Assembly (NCBI GenBank): GCA_963924565.1
Contig: OZ004614.1
Span: forward strand, 25,544,001-25,608,000
DNA length: 64,000 nt
Reading direction: 5' to 3'
Source: Ascidiella aspersa
Taxonomy: Eukaryota
In this document: one piece after another, positions 51,371-62,899 of the stretch
How the letters are laid out: each line of letters begins with the position of its first letter
Position numbering within the stretch: the stretch's first letter is position 1
Made by a program: the position numbers and the translations under genes
Notes under the pieces: model-generated
What the model saw: the letters and a program-made list of their open reading frames with translations, nothing else
Told to the model about the DNA's origin: nothing
Database searches by the model: none

Positions 51371-54300
51371 GACAAGGTACGAAATGAAAACAAACAGTTT
51401 TCGCACAAGAATCATTGTGTTTATATCTTCTACAATTGTAAAAGTTACTCATTTTTAACCGAAGTACACTTTGGGTACTGGTATACTCAAGACGTGTACA
51501 TGAGAATTAAAACAGCCACAGGCTCTCGCAGACAATTGTCGGCTGTGCAGCTGCCAGGATGAAAATCTTTAATAGGCATGGTTCAGTATGTTGAAATGTG
51601 CATTAATACTAAGCTTTTTAACTTTTGACAAATATTGCGAATAACTTTTAGACGCAAGTCAAAAATATGTTCTCGTTGAACAAACCATAATTGTTTAGTT
51701 TGGTTTCGTCACACGTAGTTAAAACAATGCCTCAATACAGCAGTGCTAACAGTATTAAAACCTTAAGAGATGGATTTTTTCAGACATATGGCCATTTTAA
51801 AACCAGGTTGACGTCGGAAGTTTGTCCGAGATGACCAACATGTTGTAACGTAAGCTATTAAAAATATAAACACGATTGTATCCATCGCTAGCAGTCATTA
51901 CACCTTGGCACCATTTAAGACAGTTTTATAGGAATCAGATGGGAACATACAGTAATAACAACAAAGCAAAAATACAAAAGCTACAATACCATAGTTAGAA
52001 GACCAACGACATAATAAAGCCAAATACGCAATAGGCCTAATTCCCACGACAGAATAAGATCTAAATAAATTCAATAAAACAAGCGTTTGATGGCCAAAAT
52101 AACGTCTGAAACTGTAAGGAGAGGGTATGGGACGAACAGGGACCATCGGCTGTTTTGGTATCGACGCTTGGGCACCCTAGATAGAACGGCGCCGTTAAGG
52201 CTCCGCTGTTTTGGCATCGATTTTAGGCCCTGTTTAGGGTTAGGAAATTGTTTTCAGAGTTGAAATTATTAGAAGGGTTTGTGATGTACCTACGGGCGGG
52301 GTTAGGTGAAATTTTGTGTAGGCTTGGTTCTTGCAAGTTAAGTCTTATTCCGACGTATTTAGGACATATTCTGTTTGTACGCTATTATTACGAGTATTAG
52401 GTCCTAGTCTGATTTTTGTTTTATTCCGAAATATATATTTCGATCTTGTGGCTAGACAATTGGAGTCCTACCAGATACAACGAAACCATAGGGGCAAATA
52501 TAGATCGAATCAATAAATATCACGATAAACCACTACAAAAATGTGTGCTCAATTCACGTTTTGATTTACTGCGTTGTGCGGTGGATATATTGCTTGATTT
52601 TTAATCGTCAATTGTAGAACAAGGAACGACCCAACACGGGACATAATTTTGAATGTAGTAATTAATAAAATTATTTATTTTAATACACTGTTCGGCCTCT
52701 TTTTTTAATACTAAGGATAAAACGCAAAATGCGTAAAAATCAGCTAACAAAAATACTGTTATTTGTAAGTGGACTTAGTTTTTGTAGTCAACCAACACTG
52801 GAACACATAACCGTTGTTTTTTATTTTATTAAACTCACATTTGAAGCACTAATAGCTAAAAACAAGGCACAAAAACATAATCAGAGTGTAGTAAAGCAGG
52901 AAACTATTTATATGTTTTTCCAAAATTGCACAATGTGGTGCGTAATAAATGTAGCATACGTAGTCCATAAAATCTTTCAATAAACTATCGCATTCCGGGT
53001 ATTTTAAACGGCCTGTTAGGAACTATACTCAATCAATGGGCCATTTTGGATATGATTTTCCAAATCTGTTTATTTTACCATGTGCAGTTTTAAGCGGCGA
53101 TCACGAACGATTGTGTAAAATGATGCGGGGTAACTATACAGTAACCACCGGTCTAGAATAATTACACATTTAAATGTTTGTCCTTTTCTTCATCACTGTA
53201 TGATTTTTTGCACATAGGCACCACGAGTTCATCGCTAGTTGTTTCTCCTTGTTAGATGATTGCACTCCCTTGTCGACACTAGACAATACTAAAAATGTTA
53301 GATATACATATATTTCTCCTGCACTACTTGCATGTTTTTATTAAATAGGCCTTGTATATTGGTTACACATTTTAATAACTGTGGACTAAATTAGCCAAGT
53401 CGTTATTAAAGATTATTCAAAAAACATTTTCGAATTTGGTACCTGGAAACCATTGGCAACAGGTTGGGAAGTGCTGGTAAACATTAATGTTTTGGAATGC
53501 ACAACACACAAAATGGAAATTACCTTTTCTCTAACTTCCGCGCACAAAGGTTTGTTGGGGATGGAAACTGAAGCTGTTTCTTTGTCAATTGGGTGTAGAC
53601 TTGATGCAGAGAGCTTTTCCAATGATTTAAAGGTTACTTAACACTTTCAGAGACATCTTTTTACTTGCACTTTCACCTTACAAAGTCCTTAATTTTGGGG
53701 GTTGACTGAAATATTACATCTAGGAATTATATAAAATGCTAAAAATATTTTTAATAATGAAAAACAAAAATATAAATTAATTTGGCCAGGCATGATAATA
53801 TTTAATTAAATTCTGTAATATTAAACTTAAAGCAGCTTATAGATAATAAACAACTTAAGTTCATGACTTGTATATGAATGGAAAAAGTTAAGAATGCAAA
53901 AATGTTAAAAAGTAAGGTCAATTAAGGTAGTGAAACATGAAATTTAAATTTATTGGGCACTATTCGCTACAACTTCGCAACCTTATGCAGCAGCTATTTT
54001 TTATCAACTTGAGATCACTACAACACTTTTACAGCTAATATTATTCATGAGTTTTTATTAGTTTGGTTGTATGCCTTTAAACCACCATGAACAGAAGGAA
54101 GTAACATATTTTCGGACCTTAAGATTTTTATGCCACAAATTTGAAATTTACACAAAAATGTGATTCAAAGAATGTGCGATGCACAGATTTCTGAGACACA
54201 TCACCAACTTTCCAGATGTGCAGACATATTTTGGCATAACTGAAGTTTGAAATCCTACTGCAACACAGCCTTTTCTGAAGTGTGCAATTTAGTTATTGAG

Positions 54301-54560
54301 GTGTACACACATTGCTTTAAAAATATTTGGTATGCATCTGCCACAGAATGCAAACTAGATGCAATATGCACCATAACAATAGCCAATTGGAAGTTAAATT
54401 TAACACCAAAATATTGGCTTCAATTTATAATATTTGAAACATGTATACTACCTAGGACTTACTTTACATTATAATGGTGACCAAATTTTAGAAAATAAGT
54501 TGCAAAACAAAGGTCTTCTTATCTAATTTAATATTCCTTGGCATATATTTTGCTAACTAA

Positions 54561-54734
54561 TCTTTGTATATGGCCGTTGTATATCATTTTGACCTGATAA
54601 AGCACGGCTGTGCGAAAGCTTGTCGAGAATCGATCTTGTCGAGAATCAATTTGACCTGATGAAGCACGGTTGTGCGAAAGCTTGTCGAGAATCAAATACA
54701 ATTTGTCTTTATACAGTGCCACCTGATTCCTGTA
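54561..54734 (+). mobile_element. 174-bp retro-insertion with tandem hammerhead motifs, flanked by a 12-bp duplication
   Basis: Absent from the mirrored left arm (single site near 46783-46794). TTTGCTAACTAA is duplicated at 54549-54560 and 54735-54746. Confidence 0.8.
54587..54689 (+). ncRNA. Two tandem minimal type I hammerhead ribozyme motifs
   Basis: Copy 2 (54650-54689) reads TTTGAC-CTGATGA-A-GCAC-ggtt-GTGC-GAAA-GC-TT-GTCGAG. Copy 1 (54587-54628) has the same design but the core is CTGATAA. Confidence 0.75.
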
Positions 54735-57700
54735 TTTGCTAACTAAGTTTATTATAATGAAGTAAATTAGCTACAACTAATATTTTCTTGCATTGTAAAT
54801 GTAAATAATATTGTCTATAGCCAGAAACAGCATTATTAGCTTTAGCAACAATAAAAGTATTGGCGCTGGACTGTTTGGGTGGGGGCCACTGTGGAAAGTA
54901 TGGCAAGTGCACTGTTAAAGTGTTGATAAACACGTAACATGCACCCAGAAAAAAATCTAAACTGCACCCTAAACATATCAAACGTTTGTGCACCCTCTTT
55001 ATATGTTTATAGTGCAATGTATGCAATACGGAGTGCATGAGAAAATCATAACGTGGAAGTCTGAAAATTTGAAAGCAGACCAGAGATTCACTTTTTTCGT
55101 GCTGGTCTTAAGTCCTACCACAACGCACATTATTTTGGTTAGGGTTAAAAATAAATATTAAAAATACTTGACCCACCCACACCCAAACACTAACTCTCGC
55201 CGCCCCTAACCCTAATATTGTGCGTTGATTTAAAATGTGGTAGGATTCTAGACCAGCGCCCTTTTTTACCTTTGTTGCACCTAGTCACCCGATTTTTTTC
55301 GGCATTGTACCCGCGTGTTCTGTTATACTTTCCAGGCTGGGGTAAGGGTGGTTGAAGTATTATTAGTAATTAGTATTGCTTAACCCATATCCAAACCCGC
55401 ACCCTAACCCAAATAATGTTCGCTAATAAGGTAGGCTTTAGCAACAATAAAAGCTTTTAACCTTCTATTTGCTGGGTAAAATTATAAACATCGCATTAAC
55501 TTGGTACAGCTATAAACATTTCTGCATTTCTAATATCCAAAACTGTACAAGATAAAAAATTCTGTAGTCTGCATCGCTTGGCAACGTTTCGTTATGCATG
55601 ATTAGTCTGCGCATTCGCTGTTCGCCTGTATCCTGTTCTTATACGGTCCGCTTGAAGCGTCTAATTTCTAACACATGTTCTAACACAGACGCTTCAAAGC
55701 CTCGAATTATCCTAATACGAACGCTACAAGCGTTGAAAACAAATCGAATCGGGTGGATTCGCAAAAAGCGAAAACGCCTTTGCAGGATGCAGGCGCGGAT
55801 TGAGAACTTTTCCTTCCGGGAGCGGATGCAAGGATTAGATGCACTATGTTTTGATGTCAATGACTTGACTTGGACTTAAGATATTTTACAAAATTGATTG
55901 AAATTGGCCTAGGCTCAACGTAATGAGTGGAAATGATATTGAGTGGATAAGGAGGTTTGCTATAGAACGAGTTAAGACGCAAAACAAATTCCGAAATGGG
56001 CTTCGGCTGTAGGTTATTATAAGGCACACAATGTAAACAAGAATTTATTTATTGCTGTGTTTAAAAAAAATTTAATTCGTTTTTGGGTGTATTTCAAAGG
56101 AAAATTTAATCGTTTTAGGGTGAATTTTAAAGGAAATTTAAATTCGTTTTAATTAGCTTTTAGGGTTTATTTAGTCGTTTCAAACTTACACTGGACGTTT
56201 TTTTTTAAAGAAACATTTGGCACAAACACAGCGTTGTTGTTACAAAACAGCGCCCCTAATCACCTTGGGCCACTTGCATAAGCGCACTTAACACCAACGA
56301 GAATTTCGCACCTGAAAAAACATGACTCTTGAACGGAAGCACTCTTAGAGGGATCAGTCTTTGCGAAAACATTCTGCGGGAAATTGAGCCTCGAAATCCC
56401 GCGCACTCGACTACAGGACCAGGGGTTCATTGACGCACGCTCGGTACTTAGCAGTAGCAACAAGTTTATGCGGAGAAAATCCGTTTGGATACGGGCGATT
56501 TGTTTGTTTTTTGGTTGCATGACAACTTTGAAAACGAACTGGTGTTTTCTTTAACCCAGCGTGCGCAGAAAGATACGGTCTGTCAATAATCAAATTTTAA
56601 GCAAATATTTTTGCAATATTTAAAAATAATTTTGCTGACCACTATTTCAGCTTTGTCAGGCGTTTTATGTAAGAATTTGCAAAACGTTTGAAAAATAACA
56701 TTTGATACAACCATGAAAAAATGATGAAAAAACAACAAATAAAATAGTATTTTTTTATTTGCTAAAAAAATCTGTATAAATTGCATTAAGTCACACGTTT
56801 TTGACTATGAATTAAGTTGCTCTAGATTTGTTGTTTTTATATTTTATTGATTTTAAAAATCTTTTTCCTCTTTTTTGTATCAATTTTGTTTTCTTTTAAT
56901 ATTACTAGTCATATTAAAATTTAAGCGACAAAATAAAAATGAGCTAAAATCAGACGTCTGAGTCGGCAAACACTTCGTCCAACTTTAACTGGTGTAAATC
57001 CGCCCTTCTGTAAATATGTTAAAACTTCAACAGTCCTAAACATTTCACTTGGCTAAAATCACCGAAACATAAAAAGTTAAAAACGCCTCATAACAGTGAA
57101 ATTTGATGTTCAGTGAAAAACATTCAAGAAAAGGGAGGTTTGTATAAGACCCGGAAGAGCTCTACGTCACTGGGCTGTTGTTTCAAGTGGATTGCACAAG
57201 AGTGTGATTGCAAACCCGGGGATTATCGCTTGTAACAACAGCTTAACGTTAGTTAGGGCTAGTTTTAAATTGGCCGGCTCTATTTAATGTTGTGTTGTGC
57301 CGATATCGGATATATTGGACAAAAAATATGGCAAAGCGATACAATACTAAAATATTACTATGCACAAAAATAAAATTGAAAGCTTCAAAGCCTTTTTTCA
57401 GGGTGTTCTTTGCTTTACTGTTAAGAGTTTGAACCCACTTTTTTTGATCAATTTAACTGGTTTGTTTTGTTATTTTGTATTCTGGGATACAGAAATGTAA
57501 TGTTGTACCGATGAAGCGTTGGAGTTCACTTAAAATAAAAATTCCTATCTTTAAAAGAATATTTTCGACTGAAAAGTAAACGTTATGATTTTGGCTCAAG
57601 AATATAGTCATTAGATATGACAATTTCGGAAAATGGCGACATATTTTTGTCAAATTACATCCGATTTTTAAAAGTTGAACGGTTAGTTTTTAGTTTTTCG

Positions 57701-59091
57701 TTGCAATTTCTTAAATGAAACACAACAATTTATAAGCTTTTTTGTAGGACAGTCAAGTTTTACATTTAAATCTCTTCGTATAGGGTTTGGGTAAAAAACA
57801 GAACAGAAAAACTTATATTTTAGTTTTATTTAAAGGATTATTTTCTTAATAAAGATGAAGTATACAGTTGAAATGTTGGATGCAATTCAAAACCAAAGTT
57901 TGATATTTTTAAAGCCACACTACAGTTTTTATTGCATAGTTATTTATATATACTTAGGGTTTTTAAAGCTAAAAAAAAATTTGATTAAATTCTTAATTAT
58001 ACGACAATTTATTAAGGCTTATTACAGTTTTCATTGAATTGTTATTTATATTTCTTCTTAATCGTAATCGCGATGTTCAGGCCTAAGAGTTATCCGGCAC
58101 TTTATGAAAACAGTTTAGTGGCCCCTGCTATAGGCCTACAAATGCGGCCTTCGGGTAAAAACATGTTTACCACGGGAGAAAAGGTTCCGATACTGCACGA
58201 GTTACTGAAGTGGATTTGCGAGAACAACGTTCAACTCACGAGAGAGATTAAATCGGCTCGAAATGCATCGGAACACGCATGTTTTCGTTGTGCTTGCACG
58301 CTTATGTTTGCATGTAGAACGCGGCGTTGGCATAACTTCGTGCGTATGTTCAGTGCTTTGTGCGTAAGTTGATTTGCTAAGTACCTGATGAGTTTTTACA
58401 GCGCCAAAAAACAAGGCTCTTCAAACTGCATAGAACGTGATTAAAGCCATGCGGCCAAACCAATTTGTCACTGTAAAGTTCTGAGTTACCTGACTACAAT
58501 CGAGTGGTAGCGCTTATTTAAACGGTCGGTATTGACACCTGTACTTAGTCTGCTTGCCAAAGGGCTGAAAGTTGCTAAGAAATTTGATTCAGAGTTTAAT
58601 TTATTTTTAGAGACCTTATTTCAAACTCGGCCTTTAGCTATTCAAAGAAAAAAAAACGAATGAAAAGTCTAAAGATACATTAAAACAAAGGTTCGGCCTA
58701 AAAAACGTAAATCAGAACCTCTTTCGTTTTTAACAGGCTTAAACTCAACTAATTAAATATTTGTTGGGGCCCTTTAAGGCTTAAAAAAATAAAATCTTGT
58801 TGTTAGGCTATAGTCTTGCTCTGTTGATTTTTGAAGTGTGAAGTAAACGCAAATAATCATTTTGAAACTGTGCTTAAACTGTGCAAGTACATCAGGTTTT
58901 CTTTTAAAGCTTTTTAAATTAAAAACATACATTTTAAATGAAAAATACAAATATTTAAAATAGGCTATACCTTGATATATATCTTTCTTATTTGAGTAAT
59001 TTGCAGAATTGTGTGTCGGAAATGCAATTTTTTAAATGTTCTTAAACACCTCCTTGATTTTTCACAGAAAGCATAGAAATAAAGCGTTAAA

Positions 59092-62000
59092 ATGAAGTTT
59101 GTTTCGATTGCGTTGTTCGTTTTCGCCGCTTCGGCCATTCTCCCCCAAAGCAGCGCATACCTTGTGGTAAGTTACAATGTTGTAATGACTAAAGGCTTGA
59201 CTCAAGTCACTGTTTATAAATAATCTGACTTGATTTGAGTCGTTTTGGCTTTATACTTTTTCATAAACGGACTGATAGGAATTGACGATCGCGGACTGAA
59301 TATGTGTTTATTATCTATAGGACCAGTGGTTCTGAACCAGGGTTTGATAGAACCCCTGGGGTTCGTCGAGAACTTTCTTTGAAACATAAATGCTGTTATT
59401 TAAAGTTAAATTTGAATCTACTTTGTGTTCCAAGGCGTCAAGTAACTCTGTTAAATTGAAAGTTTGACCAATCAAACTATTTGATTAAGTCCAGTTTCAG
59501 TATTAGCGCACGGGTTGGCTACAGAACAACAGGTGTTTTAAGACGAAATGTTTTATGACGTCATGTTTGAGTCATCCATGACAACTTTCATGCCCCCTCG
59601 AATAAAAAATCCTGGATCCGGCCAATTTGATGACAAACACGAAAAAAGAAATACTAAACGAAAATTAGGGGTTCGGCGAAAGCTTGCAGAATGACTTGGG
59701 GGTTCGACAGGTTGTCCAAGGTTAAGAACCACTGCTCTAGACAATCTTTAAACTAAGGAAATGTAAATAACTATGCAACAAAATGTAATGCGTCTTGATG
59801 AATTGCGGTTCAATTTAGAACATAATCAAAATTTGGAATTTTTCTTTAAACAACGTTTCAAATATAATTTATTTTAATTAAGGAAATATTGCTGGTAGAA
59901 TTAACTCAGTGGGCCGAACTTTTTAAACCGCATAAACTTACATAAAACTACATAAAAGTAAAAAAAAACGAAAAAATAGTACTATCCACTAAACTATTAC
60001 TAATAATGACTGCTCTGAAAATATATGAAAAAGAGTGAGTTTTGCGAAACTTTAACTATTGAAATAGTGGGAAAAACATGAGGCTGTGGTTTGATGATCC
60101 CATCCTATTAGCAAGATTTTTTAATCCGCAGCGTTGCAGTACCTTCGATCGTTACAAGAGCGACGTGAGCCGTTGGTTCAGCTACAGAGACCAGAGAATC
60201 AGCTCCGCCTACAACTACGCAGTGGCCATCAACAGGAAAGCATGCGCCGTCTACTCCATGGTCAAGACCTTTGACGATACCACCAAGAAAATGGAGAGCT
60301 ACATGACTGCACAGTCGAGGACTAACCAGCAACTTCAGGGTAGGTTGTCTCACCTGTAGGAAATAAGGAAAGGGCTTGTTGGACGCCATTTTTTATTCAT
60401 CCAGCGACAATGGCCCAGGTTTTAGGAAAATGCCACGAAAGGCTTTTTATATTTATGTTTTCTAAAAAAATGGTTGTTTGTAATCTTTTAAACCTGAAGG
60501 TAATAATAATAAAAATGATAATAAAAAAATACAAATATTTCAAAAATGAAATCAAAAAACGAATATCAAAGCCTGAAAAATAGGTAGCCTATTTTCAACG
60601 TTTTAAATACCGGTAGTTATTTATTAAAAAAAAATACTACTTGTGTATGGGCTTTGATATTTGTTGTACGTCTAACTACAGTCGTAAATCATTATATTAA
60701 CACATATTAAAACATTCACAAAATGCTGCCTGCTTCTGCATGGGTTTGATATCGATTCTACTTCTAACTACAACCTCCAGCCATTATCTTAAGATTTATT
60801 CGAAACGTTCAACAAGCTACCTACTTCTGTATGGGCTTATTTATTCAACGTCTAACTCCACCCCTTAGCTATTCGGCTCCATAATAAAAAACAAACCTTT
60901 CTTTTTCCTTCCAGGTCAAATGAGCGATCTTAAGAACAAGAACTCAGCTCTTAGACGCGAAATGGAATCGCTCCAGTCCAAGGTCCGATCCATTGAGAAG
61001 AAGAACGGCGAGCAAGATGGAGCTTTGAGCAGTTTGAAGAGCCACAATTCAAGGCAGGATTCCCGCATGGGAAGCATAGAAGCTGTCAATAGAGACCAGA
61101 ACGCACAGATCAGCAAGGCTAATGACCACAACGCTAGACAGGACGGAAGCATTAGGGATTTGCAGGTGTGTGGATTGTATAGGTAAAAAGAAAAATTTTC
61201 TTACATGGAAAATGAATTGTTTTCTAAACAAAACCATGGAGATTTTTTATTCTTAAAACTTAATCTGTTTTCTTGCCGGAACGATTAAAATTTTTTACCG
61301 AAGCCATGAATTTTTTGCTTATCAGAACCTTGGAGATTTTTTTGTTACCAAATGTATAATTTTTTTCTTGACAGAACGATGACAATTTTTTTACGAAAAA
61401 CATGAATCCCGCACAAAAATTTTCGCTTTCATATCTGAACCATGAAATTTTCCTAAAGGATCCATTAAGATTGTTTTATTGAATAGCCTTACCGTTCTAC
61501 AGTTTTTAGTTTTACAGTTATTCGGTCCCTAATGAAAAAAAAATGACGCTGTCGTTATGACTTATTTACCAGGCGGTCAACACCAGACAAGACGGCAGCA
61601 TTAGCGAGTTGAACCAGAAGAACTCTGCCCAGGATTCTTCCATCGCAGCAATAAACACCAAGAACGGACAACAGGATCAGGAGATAGCTTCCATCAAGTA
61701 AGTCTTCAATCCAACCAGGAAATTATTATTTTTATTTTTTTTTTTTGAGTCTGTAGGTAATTTATGCCTTTGGGCAGTTAAAATAAGCGATAATTAAGCA
61801 CGTTAGAATTCCAATTTGCTTATTGTCTGCATAAAAATACCACTTTTTGCTTTTTCTAACGAACATTTTACGACCAAGATAAAAAATTTATCTTTCTAAA
61901 AAAAATAATAAAAAAATGAACAAAAATCTACATAAAAACGACTTTTGCTTATTTCAATCAATATTTAATGACTAAAAAGATCTTCCTTTATCCAGGGACG

Positions 62001-62899
62001 TTAACAACAAACAGCATGAGAGGATCGAGTCCCTTGCATCCAGCAACGCAGAACAAGATAAGAAGATCAACTCTCTCCTGGAAACTGTTCAGAACATCGC
62101 TGAAATCACCACCAAGCTCGTGAAGGAATTGCTTCTCGAGTTCAGTAAGAAGGTTAACAAGTGCGTGTTCAGCAACGACATGTTCTCCTGTATGTTGGCT
62201 CCTGTCCCAAGGCCGGCCTACACCTTCACACAAAGCAGTAGCCTTGGTGAGTTTGACAGAAATAATATGATGTAGCTTGAAAATGAATCTCAAAGTCAAA
62301 CAGGTCGAGTAAATCGGCATTTTCTTGATAAAGGCCGGCCTACACTTTCACACGAAGCAGTAGTGAGAATGGCAGTGATACCACGTTGGAGTATGACATT
62401 TGTAAATACTGAAGTTGTTTTGCAAAAGAATTCCCGAAGAATTCGGGCAGTTTTCGGTTAAAGTACATTTGGGTTTAATATTTAGAAAAACTATTGTTGT
62501 CCTTTAGCTTCGAATAGTATAAGATTGGAAACTTGTATAAGCTTGGAAACCTTACATTTTGAAATAAATACGAGTTAATTAGGCTATCTGCCAAGATCTT
62601 TTTGCTATTAGCTTTGAATGCTTCTAATAAGTTAAAAATTGTAAACGATTTATTTGTGTACACTATGTACGGATTTGTAATGTAGCTTGGTAATAAACTG
62701 CAAAGCCAAAAAGAGTAAATCAACACCATCCTGATTAAGACGTTTCGATTCGAACTTCTATCATGATCAGTCAATGTTACTTGTTGATGTCGATCTACTC
62801 AACCTCTTCGGTGTTGATTTTCATTTCAGTTGCTAAGTCTGTTGAACCTTGCATTTTATTTCAGATGCCGCTAAGATCTTGGCCGAAGTTGCCGAATAA
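59092..62899 (+). CDS. Secreted coiled-coil repeat protein, paralogue B (about 314 aa); exons 59092-59166, 60132-60339, 60915-61165, 61573-61697, 61996-62246, 62865-62899
   Basis: Signal-peptide-like MKFVSIALFVFAASAILPQSSA, phase-compatible GT-AG introns (0,1,0,2,1), RCSTFD.YK.DVSRWFSYRD shared with paralogue A, and nine NxxQD repeats. The last exon is the least certain. Confidence 0.88.
59324..59734. mobile_element. hAT/Charlie-like MITE in intron 1 of paralogue B
   Basis: TIRs CAGTGGTTCTGAACC ... GGTTAAGAACCACTG. The right flank CTCTAGAC fits the Charlie NTCTAGAN target and the left flank is degenerate. A similar end occurs at 40868. Confidence 0.8.
62600..62815 (-). mobile_element. Penelope-like pseudo-LTR with hammerhead motif (62734-62775, core mutated)
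   Basis: Minus strand reads ATTGA-CTGATCA-T-GAT-loop-ATC-GAAA-CG-TC-TTAAT. An inverted piece GATGTCGATCTACTC lies adjacent at 62786 (+). Confidence 0.6.

Larger units (their letters stand above)
45713..55755. mobile_element. 10-kb foldback-type non-autonomous DNA transposon with ~4.4-kb inverted arms
   Basis: Left arm 45713-50122 is the reverse complement of right arm 51204-55755, shown by mirrored ORF pairs such as 47745-47954 and 53413-53622. Termini are CACCCGATTCGATTTG ... CAAATCGAATCGGGTG. GATTCGC is a direct repeat at 45706-45712 and 55756-55762. Confidence 0.88.

Noticed and set aside
45713-55755. Transib/RAG-like or Polinton identity for the large element (CAC termini)
   Set aside because: With CAC as the terminus the duplication is 7 bp rather than the 5 bp of Transib. 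There is no RSS-like heptamer/nonamer and no integrase, polymerase or transposase ORF.
58385-58415. CTGATGA followed by a GTTTTT/AAAAAC stem as another hammerhead
   Set aside because: No GAAA follows stem II and there is no stem I.
41878-62899. The palindrome and the two paralogues arising from one inverted duplication
   Set aside because: The arms are highly similar at DNA level and bounded by a TSD, whereas the genes lie outside the arms, are strongly diverged and differ in intron positions. The gene duplication is much older.
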